64,000 bases of DNA from a virus (Duplodnaviria; Caudoviricetes): positions 1-64,000 of the IMG/VR virus record IMGVR_UViG_2867988698_000004. One strand, 5' to 3'. Each line of letters begins with the position of its first letter. Within the stretch, counting starts at the first letter, position 1. The position numbers were made by a program, and so were the translations under genes. A model generated the notes under the pieces. It made no database searches. It was not told where the DNA came from and saw nothing but the letters and a program-made list of their open reading frames with translations. This document shows, in pieces, positions 48,860-58,575 of the stretch.

Positions 48860-49732
48860 TTACACGAAGTCGTAGGTCTGGGACAGGTCGATGTGCTCGG
48901 GGTGCAGCTCGCAGTACAGGGCCCAGTGGTCGCTGGCACCCTGCGGGTCCAAGGGGCGGAAATTGCGGACCCCCGGCACGACGGGCCGGGTGGCCAGCAT
49001 CCAGTCCACGCGGATCCCGCCGTGCCCGGTGGGGGCGCACAGCGACTTGTCTCCGGTCATGAGAGCGAAGTGCTCGGCCAGGTCGGTCAGCCGCCCCTGG
49101 TGGATGACCCGCCCGACGATCCGGTCTCCCACCGGCGGCTGGTGGCCGGGGTGGGTGCGGCCGGCCAGGTTGTGGTCCTGGGCCTGGGACCAGTCCGGGT
49201 CCGGGTCCAGCCTCCAGTCGCGGGGCATGTGGTTGCCGTCCAACCCCACCAGCCCGATCCGCCGGTTACGGGTCACCCGCCCCAGGATGTGCTGCATCTC
49301 TATCGCTGCTGCGGCGGCGCTGTAGGGGGTCAGGTGAGCGGAGCAGAACGAGATCGGGAAGTCCACCCCCGGCACCCGCACCGTGGCGACCCCGAACCCG
49401 TACAGGGTGGCGTGGGACAGGGTGGTGTCCCAGAACCGCAGCTCCCACTCCTGGGGAACGGCCACCACGTTCCCGCCGGTCGGGGAGTCCGGGCGCAGCA
49501 GCCTCTTGCCCGGCAGGTGCTCTGCGATCATCTCCAGCAGGTCCGGCCGGTTGGGATCGTGGACCTCCTGCAGCAGCAGCACATCGGGGATGCCGGGCCG
49601 GTCCGGGTCGCTCGGGGTGAGGGCCGCGCGGCTGATGACGTCCATCAGCAGCGGCCACCGGTCCTGGCGCTCTCCGTTGGGGCCGCGGGTGCCCGCCCGG
49701 CAGATGTTCCAGCTCAGCACAGTGATCGGCAC
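48860..49732 (-). CDS. Endonuclease/exonuclease/phosphatase family protein
   Basis: VLSWNI, DVLLLQEV, SAHL, LDGN, RVDW, ASDH. Confidence 0.85.
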   Translation of the reverse strand: MPITVLSWNICRAGTRGPNGERQDRWPLLMDVISRAALTPSDPDRPGIPDVLLLQEVHDPNRPDLLEMIAEHLPGKRLLRPDSPTGGNVVAVPQEWELRFWDTTLSHATLYGFGVATVRVPGVDFPISFCSAHLTPYSAAAAAIEMQHILGRVTRNRRIGLVGLDGNHMPRDWRLDPDPDWSQAQDHNLAGRTHPGHQPPVGDRIVGRVIHQGRLTDLAEHFALMTGDKSLCAPTGHGGIRVDWMLATRPVVPGVRNFRPLDPQGASDHWALYCELHPEHIDLSQTYDFV

Positions 49733-49764
49733 AGATCACGCTCCGTTCTCGGGGTTGGGGTGTT

Positions 49765-50559
49765 TCATTTGCGGGCGACGGCGGCCCACTCGTCCACGTC
49801 ACCCGCCTGCAGCACGTGCCCGTCCTGCCGCCACCGGCAGGTGGGCACCAGCCCGGGTTCCACGACGGCCAGGCCGTCCAGGAACCGGCCGATGGTGCGG
49901 GGCAGCCGCAGCTTGATCAGGGGGCGGGCCCGCCGGTTCCACAGCCGCGCCACCTGCTGCATCAGCTCGGGCTTGCTGACGGCGGTGATGTGGCTCAACG
50001 CCAGGTGGCTGCCGGGCGGCATCCCGGCCATGACCTCCGCCACGACGCTGCGGGCCAGGGCGTCATCGCCGAGGTGCGGCAACACCCCGCACATCAGCAC
50101 CCCCACCGGCCGGTCCGCCTCCAGCAGCGGGACCGTCTCCTCCACCAGCACCCGGGGGGCGGCCAGATCGGCGGCCACCACATGGCAGCCGGCATCGGTC
50201 AGCAGCGCCCGGCCGTGCATGACCACCAGCGGGTCGTTGTCGACGTAGACCACCCGCGCGCCGGGCGCGTAATGCTGGGCGACCTCGTGCGTGTTGGTGA
50301 TGCACGGCAGCCCGGCCCCCACGTCCACGAACTGCCGTATCCCGGCCTCCTCCACCAGGTAGCGGACGGCGCGGATCATGAACTGCCGCCGCCAACGGCC
50401 CAGGTCGACCACACCGGGGAACACCTCGGCGATGCGCTTACCCAGAGCCCGGTCGGCCTCGTAGTGGTCTTTGCCACCCAGCCAGTAGTCCCACAACCGA
50501 GCCGGATGCGGCGTGACGGGATCGAACCCGTCCAGGTCCTCGTCTTCCTCGTAGCTCAT
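49765..50559 (-). CDS. SAM-dependent methyltransferase (second paralogue)
   Basis: PHPARLWDYWLGGKDHY, RQFVDVGAGLP, VYVDNDPLV. Confidence 0.9.
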   Translation of the reverse strand: MSYEEDEDLDGFDPVTPHPARLWDYWLGGKDHYEADRALGKRIAEVFPGVVDLGRWRRQFMIRAVRYLVEEAGIRQFVDVGAGLPCITNTHEVAQHYAPGARVVYVDNDPLVVMHGRALLTDAGCHVVAADLAAPRVLVEETVPLLEADRPVGVLMCGVLPHLGDDALARSVVAEVMAGMPPGSHLALSHITAVSKPELMQQVARLWNRRARPLIKLRLPRTIGRFLDGLAVVEPGLVPTCRWRQDGHVLQAGDVDEWAAVARK

Positions 50560-50568
50560 GGTGCCCTT

Positions 50569-51153
50569 TCACCTGTCGGGGGATCGTCGTGTCTGCTCCA
50601 TGAGCCGCCGACGGACGGCCGCCCGCTGCGTCGGGGTGGCGTCCTCAGCCAGGGCGGCGACCACCGTGCTCCACAACCCGGGAGGCAACCCGGCGTCCTC
50701 CTCGGGGGTGGGGGGAGGGTCCGGCAGCTCCACCACGCCCTGGTCCTCTCCCAGGCCCGGGGGCAGCTCGACCGGCTCGGGGAGGGAAAGGTTCTCCAAC
50801 GCCGCCAGGACGTCCTGATCCCCCCAGCGGGTGTCGGGCACCTCGATCACCAGGCCGGGATCCGGGAGGCGGCCCAGCAGCCCCGGCAGGTCCTCGTCCT
50901 GGCCCTCGGTGGGCCACAGCCGGAACGCCCCGTACAGGGCCCGGCAGATGTCGCCGGCGACGGTGCCGCTGCCGCGCAGGTAGCCCAGCTGCAACGCGGT
51001 GATCCGCGTGATCTGCGGGCTGGCGAGATGCCGTTCGATGTCCTGACGCACCCGGGCCAGCACGTCCAGGGTGGCGTCGAACCCGGCCAGCAGCGCCGGG
51101 TGATCGTGGCGGGCCCGGTCACGGATGGCCTCGATGGTCTCACCGGATCTCAC
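50569..51153 (-). CDS. Hypothetical protein
   Basis: GAAGGAG RBS; GTGA overlap. Confidence 0.55.
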   Translation of the reverse strand: MRSGETIEAIRDRARHDHPALLAGFDATLDVLARVRQDIERHLASPQITRITALQLGYLRGSGTVAGDICRALYGAFRLWPTEGQDEDLPGLLGRLPDPGLVIEVPDTRWGDQDVLAALENLSLPEPVELPPGLGEDQGVVELPDPPPTPEEDAGLPPGLWSTVVAALAEDATPTQRAAVRRRLMEQTRRSPDR

Positions 51154-51425
51154 CAGGGCTCCTTCTCGTCTATAGCCGGTTTCCAGGTGCCGTCCGTGCG
51201 CCGGCCCGTGTGCTCGGCCAGCTCGCGATGCGCCGCCGCCACCAGCTCGGCCGCCCACCGCCGCCAGGTCGCACCGACCGCATGGGAGGCGGTCCACGGC
51301 CCGAACACGGCGATCAGCGCCCGCAGCCACGCCACCCGCACCAGCACCATGTCGGCGGGGTTGGGAGGCGCGGCGGCCCCGGCGATGTCCAGGGGGTTGT
51401 GCTCAGGGCCGCCGCGCCGGCTCAG
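51150..51425 (-). CDS. Hypothetical protein
   Basis: In operon; start uncertain. Confidence 0.4.
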   Translation of the reverse strand: MSRRGGPEHNPLDIAGAAAPPNPADMVLVRVAWLRALIAVFGPWTASHAVGATWRRWAAELVAAAHRELAEHTGRRTDGTWKPAIDEKEPW

Positions 51426-51754
51426 CACCCCGCCGTGGGCGGGGAGGTCTCTCGCGGGTCGGAGGGGGTCAGCAACTGCTGAACGTGCCGGACGGCGTCC
51501 TGCAGGTCGCTGGCCGCGCACACCCAGAACGGGGCTCCGGGCTGACAGAGCCACACCCGCTGGTCGGATGTCCGGCAGAGCGCCCACAACTCCGCCGTTC
51601 TGCCGTCCCGGGCGGCGGTCAGACCCAACGGCCGGACGGTGACCTCATGGCCCCGCTCGCGCAGCAGCCGGGCCAGGTCCTCCACCACGGCCTGCCGCAG
51701 GTCGCCGTCCAGCCCCTCGGTGGGGGCCGGGCCCAGCACCCCCAGCCCGGTCAT
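51422..51754 (-). CDS. Hypothetical protein
   Basis: ATGA overlap. Confidence 0.5.
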   Translation of the reverse strand: MTGLGVLGPAPTEGLDGDLRQAVVEDLARLLRERGHEVTVRPLGLTAARDGRTAELWALCRTSDQRVWLCQPGAPFWVCAASDLQDAVRHVQQLLTPSDPRETSPPTAGC

Positions 51755-52155
51755 GCGGCCATCCCGGCGGGCAGCCGCTTGATCTCGTCGTACAGGTCAC
51801 CGGCCGCGCCGGGCAGGCCACCGGCCCCCCACTCCTCCACCCGGAGAACGTCACCGTCCCGGCGCATCCCGGCCAGCAGCCGGTCGTAGTAGTAGGCGCC
51901 CCCCATGCCCAGATGGACGCGGTGCAGCACCCCGACCGCCCCGGCCGGGGAGTCCTGCATGGCCTCCACCAACCGGCGGACGGCGCGGTCACGGTCGTCG
52001 CAGACGCCCACCGCACCCAGACGCGGGGTCTCGCCGGGCTCAACGACCGTCCAGGAGAACATCCCGGTGGGACCCGGCAGGCCCGGCTGCCGGTTAAGGA
52101 CGGTGGTTGTCGCCGGGAGCAGGCCCGCGCCGGTTCCGCTGGTAGGTTCTGGCAT
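51751..52155 (-). CDS. Hypothetical protein
   Basis: GAAGGAG RBS; GAVGVCDD..RA motif. Confidence 0.55.
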   Translation of the reverse strand: MPEPTSGTGAGLLPATTTVLNRQPGLPGPTGMFSWTVVEPGETPRLGAVGVCDDRDRAVRRLVEAMQDSPAGAVGVLHRVHLGMGGAYYYDRLLAGMRRDGDVLRVEEWGAGGLPGAAGDLYDEIKRLPAGMAA

Positions 52156-52217
52156 AGCCACGGCTCCTTCGTGGTCAGGCCCCGGGGCCCCGGTGCGCGC
52201 ACACCGGGCCGGGGTCG

Positions 52218-52457
52218 CTAGCTGTCGGGGGACGTTCCGGGATCCGGCTGCTGGGCGGCCTGGAGCGCGTCGGCCAAGTCCTGGATGGTGTCGGCGGTCA
52301 GTTCGGCGCCGGGGTCGTTCCATTTACGGGCCTTCCATGGCCCGTGTTTTCCACCGGCCTCCAATACGCGCCATATATCCCATTCGTGCCCGTATTCGGC
52401 GATCAGCCGCTCGGCGGGGCTGGGCTGAGGTGCGTCCACTGCCATGACCAGCTCCAT
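52218..52457 (-). CDS. Small protein, first gene of the leftward cargo operon
   Basis: GGGGAG RBS; L..EY..W.IWR...W.AR...L.ADT...L...L. Confidence 0.55.
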   Translation of the reverse strand: MELVMAVDAPQPSPAERLIAEYGHEWDIWRVLEAGGKHGPWKARKWNDPGAELTADTIQDLADALQAAQQPDPGTSPDS

Positions 52458-52570
52458 GACCGTCTCCGACTCCCCCGGCTTGTTCAATGCCGTTGAATGC
52501 CGTTGACGGTACGAAGCGTCACCGCCCCGTAACAGCGATGGGGCGTGGCCGTTTGGCCACGCCCCATCCG

Positions 52571-52595
52571 GAAGGGCTACGTTACGTATCCCTTC
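52571..52595. promoter_or_regulatory. Palindromic operator A of the XRE island
   Basis: GAAGGGCTACGT-T-ACGTATCCCTTC, near-perfect palindrome. Confidence 0.65.
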
Positions 52596-53823
52596 ACATG
52601 TTGATGCCCATGAAGTCGGCCAATTCCCGGGTGCGCTGGCTGGGCATCCGCGGCCGCGCGTCCATCAGCTCCCGTACCGCGTCGCGGGCGTACTGCTGGT
52701 AGCGCAGCCAGTGCGGGTGCTCCCGCCGGATGGCCGTCAGGATGTCCTCCGCCTTCTCCACGTTCCCCGTGCGCGCATGAGCGACGGCAAGGTCCAGGCG
52801 GTGCCGGTCCCACCCGGACGTGTTGCCCCGTCCCACGTCACGGGGGATTCCCGCGGCCAGCTCCAGGGCCTTGTCGGGGCGGTCGTCCAGCATCTCGATC
52901 TCCACGGCCAGCATGGGGCCGTTCATGGGGCCGAACGCCTTGTGCCCCGACAGGTCCTGGTACTGGCGTCCCAGCCGGGTGCCCGCAGTGGAGGCGATCG
53001 AGGCGTACTCCCGGGCCTCCTCCATGCGGTTGTTGCGGGCAGCTGCGGCGGCGGCGCGCAGGAACATGTAGCCCCACCCGCACAGCTCATCCGGGGTGGC
53101 CTTTGACATCTTGGGCTCGATCTGGTCGGCGGTGGCCACACACAGCTGCTCAACCTCCGACAGCCTTCCCTGCCGCATCATCGCCCATGCCTGGCTGCAC
53201 ACCGCCGCCGCCGCCAGCGGGGTGTGGCCGATCTCCAGGGCGTCCCGCAAAGAGGCGTGCAGCGCGATCAGCGCCAGGTCATGCGCGCGGATCTGGATGA
53301 GGTAGCGGCCGGTCAGCCCGGTGATGTCCGCCCGAAGCCGCAGCGCCTCCCGCCGGTCCGGCCCCTCGCTGTCGAAGTAGTCCACGTGGTGATGGGCGCT
53401 GCGCACGAGCGCCGGCATCATCTGCGCCAGGTCGTCATACCGGTCCCCGTGGTAGGCCGCCGCGACGGAGGAGATGGCCTGCTTCAAGCTGCGCAGGTCC
53501 ACCAGTTCCGCATCCGCCGTCCCGTACAGGGGCTTGCCCGCCAGCCCGATCGGGGGGTTGATGGCCGACCGCATGTCCGCCAGCACCGTGTCGTCCACGG
53601 CGGCCTCGACGGGTTCCGGGGAGGACGCGGACACGAACCAGACGGTCCGCACTCCTAGCGCCTTGGCCAGCTTGTGGTAGGTCTCCATCCGCGCCGTGCC
53701 GCCCTGCTCGATTTTCTTGATCACGGCGAGGCTGAGACCGCTGTGTTCAGCCAGCTCTTCCTGGGTCATCCCCCGGCTGCGCCGGAGGTTACGCACGCGG
53801 TCGGAAATGGTACCTTCCTCCAT
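52594..53823 (-). CDS. XRE-family HTH regulator with large helical (TPR-like) C-terminal domain
   Basis: VRNLRRSRGMTQEELAEHSGLS...IKKIEQG...LAKALGV. Confidence 0.85.
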   Translation of the reverse strand: MEEGTISDRVRNLRRSRGMTQEELAEHSGLSLAVIKKIEQGGTARMETYHKLAKALGVRTVWFVSASSPEPVEAAVDDTVLADMRSAINPPIGLAGKPLYGTADAELVDLRSLKQAISSVAAAYHGDRYDDLAQMMPALVRSAHHHVDYFDSEGPDRREALRLRADITGLTGRYLIQIRAHDLALIALHASLRDALEIGHTPLAAAAVCSQAWAMMRQGRLSEVEQLCVATADQIEPKMSKATPDELCGWGYMFLRAAAAAARNNRMEEAREYASIASTAGTRLGRQYQDLSGHKAFGPMNGPMLAVEIEMLDDRPDKALELAAGIPRDVGRGNTSGWDRHRLDLAVAHARTGNVEKAEDILTAIRREHPHWLRYQQYARDAVRELMDARPRMPSQRTRELADFMGINM

Positions 53824-53910
53824 AGGCCCTGCACCTTTCTTGATGTTCCGTCACCATCAGGCTACGGCGCAGGGCCTAATTACGTTAGGGATAGGCCATG
53901 ACTTCTCCTC

Positions 53911-53934
53911 AGGGGCTACGTTCCGTATCCCTTT
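53911..53934. promoter_or_regulatory. Palindromic operator B of the XRE island
   Basis: AGGGGCTACG-TTC-CGTATCCCTTT matches operator A. Confidence 0.65.
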
Positions 53935-54044
53935 GGCGGGCGGCGTCCGCGAACGGCCACGAACCGCACCTTCACCCGTGGTGCGGCTCGGGTCACAGTG
54001 AAGGGCGTCGTAGGGAACCCCGAGCCCTCCCTGGGAGGCCGCCA

Positions 54045-55202
54045 GTGAAACGGCTGATCGTCGATACGCACGCCGCCTCGTGCTACTTCCGGACCTCGGT
54101 GCCCGGTGACGGCCGTAAGGCCCTGGTGCAGATCACCGAGCGCTGCAACCTGCATTGCGCGCACTGCTTCGTGTCCTCCACCCGGGAGGGCCTGGACATG
54201 GCCTATCAGGATCTGGTGGAGATGGTGGTGCCGCGGCTGCTGGCGGCCCGGGTGCGTCGCATCACCCTGACCGGCGGTGAGCCGTTCGCCCACCCGGACC
54301 TGCTGCGCCTCTGCCGACACCTGACCGGGCTGGGCCTGCCGGTGGGCATCTGCAGCAACGCCACCTTGATCAGCGACGAGCAGATCGCCGAGCTGGCCGC
54401 GCTGGGCGGCGTGCACGTCAACGTCAGCCTGGACGGCTTCTCTGCCGACAGCCACGGCAAGTTCCGCGGGAACCGCAGCTCCTTCCAGATCACCGTGGAC
54501 ACCATCCGCCGCCTGGCGGACGCCGGGCTGCTGCAGGGGCTGCTGTCGACCCCCAACGCCCTGACCTTCCCCCGGGAGTTCGAGGAGCTGTGCGCGTTCG
54601 CCGTCGAGGTCGGCGCGGAGTACGTGCTGATGAACCCGCTGTCGTCCATGGGGCGGGGGGTCAAGAGCAAGGACCGGATGGCGGCCGACACTGCCGTCAT
54701 GGACGAGATCCGCCGCCTCACCGACCGGTTCCGCGGCCAGGGCGTCGACGTGGTCCACATCCGCTTCCCCAACGGCGGCCAGGAGGGCAAGCCGCTGAGC
54801 GGCTGCGATGCCGGGAAGCTGATCTACGTGTTCGCCGACGGCGAGGTCGCCGTGTGCCCCTACCTGGTGTTCGCCGCCCGCACCCCCCACTCCCAGCATC
54901 CCGACAGCGACTTCCTGGTCGGCAACATCTTGGACCCCGCCATCGCGGACACGGCGGTGGCGGATGCGCTGGACGGCTACGACACCGGCCGTCTGGCCAT
55001 GGGCGTCAACCCCACCTGCACCTCCTGTGGCATGAACAGCCGGTGCGGGAAGGGCTGCCCGGCGGCCGTCATCGCCTCCGGCGGCCGCATCGGCGGCGTG
55101 GACACCGGCCAGTGCCCCGTCACCGGCCCTGCTCCCGCCGGTCCGCTGCTGCAGATCGGCCGCCCCCCGACCCGCCCGGCCCGACCGGCTGGGTCGGCAT
55201 GA
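54045..55202 (+). CDS. Radical SAM enzyme with SPASM domain
   Basis: CNLHCAHC, TGGEPF, VSLDG; C-terminal GC...DGEVAVCPY...CTSC.....CGKGC; GGAGG RBS before GTG. Confidence 0.9.
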   Translation: MKRLIVDTHAASCYFRTSVPGDGRKALVQITERCNLHCAHCFVSSTREGLDMAYQDLVEMVVPRLLAARVRRITLTGGEPFAHPDLLRLCRHLTGLGLPVGICSNATLISDEQIAELAALGGVHVNVSLDGFSADSHGKFRGNRSSFQITVDTIRRLADAGLLQGLLSTPNALTFPREFEELCAFAVEVGAEYVLMNPLSSMGRGVKSKDRMAADTAVMDEIRRLTDRFRGQGVDVVHIRFPNGGQEGKPLSGCDAGKLIYVFADGEVAVCPYLVFAARTPHSQHPDSDFLVGNILDPAIADTAVADALDGYDTGRLAMGVNPTCTSCGMNSRCGKGCPAAVIASGGRIGGVDTGQCPVTGPAPAGPLLQIGRPPTRPARPAGSA

Positions 55203-55813
55203 CCGCGACCGGCCGGTTCCTGGTCCTGGAGGGCCCCAACGGCGTGGGCAAGACCACCACCGCCGCCGCGCTGGCCGACCTGCTGCGCAGCCGCGGGGAC
55301 CGCGTCCACGTGACCGGTGAGCCCTCGACCGCTCCGCTGGGCCGCCTGATCCGCGCCCACGAGGCCGAGCTGACCGGGCGGGCGCTGGCGCTGGCGGTGG
55401 CCGCCGACCGCAGCCACCACCTGGACACCGAAATCGTCCCCGCCCTGGCCGCCAGCGCCACGGTGATCTGCGACCGGTTCATCCCCTCCTCCCTGGTCCT
55501 CCAGCAGCTGGACGGCCTGGACCCGCGGGAGGTCTGGTCCTACAACGCCGCGCTGCGGCCGATCCCGGACATCACCGTCTACCTGATCACCGCCCCCGCT
55601 ACGATCGGGGCCCGGCTCGCCCAGCGGCCCCGCCGGTCCCGGCTGGAACAGGCCGGCAGCCCGGACCGGGAGCTGGCCCTGTACCAGCAGGCACGGCGCT
55701 TCCTGGACGGGCAGGGATGGCGGCAGATCACGATCGACTGCCGGGACCTGCCCGCAGATCAGGTGGCCGCGCGGATCCTCGCTCACCTGCCCCGAAAGGA
55801 CCCGGCACCATGA
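55199..55813 (+). CDS. tmk: Thymidylate (dTMP) kinase-like protein
   Basis: FLVLEGPNGVGKTT, TGEPS, AADR, VICDRFIPSS, PDITVYL; ATGA overlap. Confidence 0.85.
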   Translation: MTATGRFLVLEGPNGVGKTTTAAALADLLRSRGDRVHVTGEPSTAPLGRLIRAHEAELTGRALALAVAADRSHHLDTEIVPALAASATVICDRFIPSSLVLQQLDGLDPREVWSYNAALRPIPDITVYLITAPATIGARLAQRPRRSRLEQAGSPDRELALYQQARRFLDGQGWRQITIDCRDLPADQVAARILAHLPRKDPAP

Positions 55814-56655
55814 CCCACGGCAGCACGCGGGACACGCGGGAGGTGTCGGTGCTGACCCTCAACATCGGCGCCGCCGCCCGCCCCCGCGCCGAGCAGCTCC
55901 TCACCTGGCTGGTCGACGCCGGCCACGATGCCGGCCACGACGTCGTCCTGCTGACCGAGACCAGCGCCGGACCCGGCACCGCCTACCTGCTGGACCACTT
56001 CGCCCGCGCCGGCTACACCATCGTCAACACCCCCGACCACGGTGACCGCGGCGCGGCGCTCATCACCCGCATCCCCGTCCTGGACCAGCCGGTGCAGTTC
56101 AAGACGGTGACCATCCCCGGGCGGGTGGCCGCCGCCGTGCTGGACACCCGGCCCCGGCTGTGCGTGGCCGCCGTGTACGTGCCCAGCCGCGACCGCAGCA
56201 CCGACAAGACCGACCGCAAACACCGGTTCCTGACCTCGCTGCAGGACGCGCTGGCGACGCTGCCGGACCACCAGCGGGACGGGCTGCTGCTGGGCGGGGA
56301 CTACAACGTCATCGCCCGCACCCACCAGCCGTCCCTGCCCGGATTCCTGCCGTTCGAGTACGACTTCCTCGACCACCTGCACGCCCTGGGGCTGGTGGAC
56401 GTCCACGACCACCATCACCCCGACGCCCCGCAGCCGCACTCCTGGATCGGGCGGACCGGCGACGGCTACCGCTACGACTACCTGCACCTCGCCCGGCCCC
56501 TCGCAGGCCGGATCACCGGCTGCGCCTACCTGCACACCACCCGCCAGAACCGGCTGACCGACCACGCCGCCGTCACCGCGACCCTGCGCCTGGACCAAGT
56601 CCAGCGGCTTCCGGTCCAGGCCGTCACCGCCGACGACGACCTCGCTCTGTTCTGA
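55810..56655 (+). CDS. Exonuclease III-like EEP hydrolase
   Basis: LTLNI, LLTET, AVYVPS, GGDYN, YRYDY, LTDH. Confidence 0.85.
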   Translation: MTHGSTRDTREVSVLTLNIGAAARPRAEQLLTWLVDAGHDAGHDVVLLTETSAGPGTAYLLDHFARAGYTIVNTPDHGDRGAALITRIPVLDQPVQFKTVTIPGRVAAAVLDTRPRLCVAAVYVPSRDRSTDKTDRKHRFLTSLQDALATLPDHQRDGLLLGGDYNVIARTHQPSLPGFLPFEYDFLDHLHALGLVDVHDHHHPDAPQPHSWIGRTGDGYRYDYLHLARPLAGRITGCAYLHTTRQNRLTDHAAVTATLRLDQVQRLPVQAVTADDDLALF

Positions 56656-56693
56656 CCCTCCCCTGACCTCACCGAAACGGAAGTCCAGCTCGT

Positions 56694-57500
56694 ATGGCCG
56701 ATCGTGCTGCGCTGATGGAACAGTGGTTCGCCACCGCCGCCCGCGACCTGCACCTGACCGTCTGCGGGGAGGCGGTGCGCGGGGTCGGTGACCGGACCCT
56801 CAGCGGCCCCGCCGCCACTCCCCGCGGGGACGCCGTCTGGCTCCGCGTGCTGGCGGTCCCGGAAGACCTGGCACACGGCCCTGTGTGGGAGGGGCCGGTC
56901 ACCTCCCAGGAGGTCACTGGCGTGTACCGGCCACGGCTGATGCACTGCCTGACCTGGGCCGAGCACGGGCATGTGGTCCGGGCGGAGGTTTGGAAACGGA
57001 TCATCGAGCCGGCCTGTGCCGCGCACGAGACCCTGACGAACGATCCGCGGCTGCCCGCCGGATGGTGGGAGCGGCTGCACGCCTCCCTGGACCGGCTCGC
57101 CGAGCATCCCACCCAGCGGATGCCCCGCCCTCCGGAGCAGATCACCGTGGCGCTGCGGCAGGCGTACGGGCCGGACGTCCCCACGCGGGTGGAGCGGTGG
57201 GTGACGCAGCACGGGGACCTGCGCTGGTGCAACCTCACCCGTACCACCCCCTACCTGCTGGACTGGGAGTTGTGGGGGCTCGCCCCCGCCGGCACCGACG
57301 CCGCCACCCTGTACTGCACCAGCCTCCTGGTCCCCCACGTGGCCGCAGAGGTCTACCGGCAGTTCCGCCATGTGCTGGACAGCCCGGACGGCCGGATCGC
57401 GCAGCTGTGCGTGTGCATCCAGCTCACCCGGCACCCGGACTGCGGGCCGCTGCGGGAGCCGTTGACCCGGCTGGCGTATCGGCTCCTCACCTACGCCTGA
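56694..57500 (+). CDS. Aminoglycoside phosphotransferase-like kinase
   Basis: HGDLRWCNL, LLDWELWG, DAATL. Confidence 0.75.
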   Translation: MADRAALMEQWFATAARDLHLTVCGEAVRGVGDRTLSGPAATPRGDAVWLRVLAVPEDLAHGPVWEGPVTSQEVTGVYRPRLMHCLTWAEHGHVVRAEVWKRIIEPACAAHETLTNDPRLPAGWWERLHASLDRLAEHPTQRMPRPPEQITVALRQAYGPDVPTRVERWVTQHGDLRWCNLTRTTPYLLDWELWGLAPAGTDAATLYCTSLLVPHVAAEVYRQFRHVLDSPDGRIAQLCVCIQLTRHPDCGPLREPLTRLAYRLLTYA

Positions 57501-57515
57501 CCAGCCGCAGGGCGG

Positions 57516-58064
57516 TCAGGCGTGGGACAGGGCGGCGCGGACCAGGGAGTCGTAGGTGTCGCTGGTCCGCTCCAGCCCCACCTCCTCGCCCAGCGACCGC
57601 GCCCACTCGTCCAGCTCGGCCTGCACCGCCTCCCCCGACTCCTGCGGCCTGACCACCCGCTCCAGCTCCACGAAACAGCCGGCGTGCTCGACCTCGTCCA
57701 CGCAGATGCCGATCTCTCCCAGGCGGCCGGTGCGGCGCCGTTTGACGATCCGCACGGTCGGCCGCCAGCCCATCAGCTGTAGCGCCCGCGCCATCTCCTC
57801 CCGGTCGGCCACGGTGGTCTCGTGCTCCAGGCACGCCATCTCGTTGTCCACCGGCTGCTTGACCGTGAACAGGTGGACCCCGTCCTGGGTCCGCAGCCGC
57901 GCGAACGCGATCCCCACCTTGGAGTCCCCGTACGACCAGGACGCCGGCGCGAACGCCTGGTCGTCCTGCAGCACCGGGAGGGACAGCAGTACGCCGCGGG
58001 CCGCCAGCGCCTTCTCCAACGCCGCCACGTCACCGGCCCGGTATTTGACCTCGATCTCCTGCAC
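57516..58064 (-). CDS. CYTH / class IV adenylate cyclase-like protein
   Basis: EIEVK, ARLR, FTVK, IVKRR, DEV...FVELE. Confidence 0.85.
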   Translation of the reverse strand: MQEIEVKYRAGDVAALEKALAARGVLLSLPVLQDDQAFAPASWSYGDSKVGIAFARLRTQDGVHLFTVKQPVDNEMACLEHETTVADREEMARALQLMGWRPTVRIVKRRRTGRLGEIGICVDEVEHAGCFVELERVVRPQESGEAVQAELDEWARSLGEEVGLERTSDTYDSLVRAALSHA

Positions 58065-58157
58065 CAGCCGCCTCCTTGTTCACAAGGACCACGGCAGCCT
58101 AACCAGCCTCACCGCCGGGGCGCGGCCTGTTCCGGCCATCCCACCCAAGACCTGGGG

Positions 58158-58574
58158 TCAGCGCTCGACCACCGGGTAGGGCACCGTTTGTCGCAGTGCC
58201 CGTACCAGCCACTGGTCTCCGGGCATCCCGCGGACCTGCCGGGCGTAGACGATCCGGCCGCCGACCTCGAACCGCAGGAACTGGGCGCGGACCGGGCGGA
58301 TGGGGCGGCCGCGCGGCCCGTAGATGCCGGTGCCCTCGTGCAGCCACCAGCCGACCTTCGAGGGTGTCCAGACCCGGCCGATCACGAGGGTGCCGCGGGT
58401 GCGGACGCTGCTGGTGATGCTGGCCCGGGTCGTCCCCGTGCGGACCCGGATGTTCAGCTTGGCCCGGGTCTCGGTGCGGCGGGTCAGGGCGGTGACGTGG
58501 TCGTGCACCGGGCCGCCGGGCTGCCGCAGCAGCCGATCGAGAGCGGCCCGGTCCAGCCGCACCCTGGCCGCCAT
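58158..58574 (-). CDS. HK97 gp10-like neck/tail-completion protein
   Basis: VRTG..RASI, HEGTGIYGP, IRP...LRF, V.G....WL..AL. Confidence 0.7.
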   Translation of the reverse strand: MAARVRLDRAALDRLLRQPGGPVHDHVTALTRRTETRAKLNIRVRTGTTRASITSSVRTRGTLVIGRVWTPSKVGWWLHEGTGIYGPRGRPIRPVRAQFLRFEVGGRIVYARQVRGMPGDQWLVRALRQTVPYPVVER

Positions 58575-58575
58575 C

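Noticed and set aside
54045-55813. Prokaryotic viperin plus nucleotide kinase
   Set aside because: The rSAM has a C-terminal SPASM cysteine set, which viperins lack; the resemblance is only contextual
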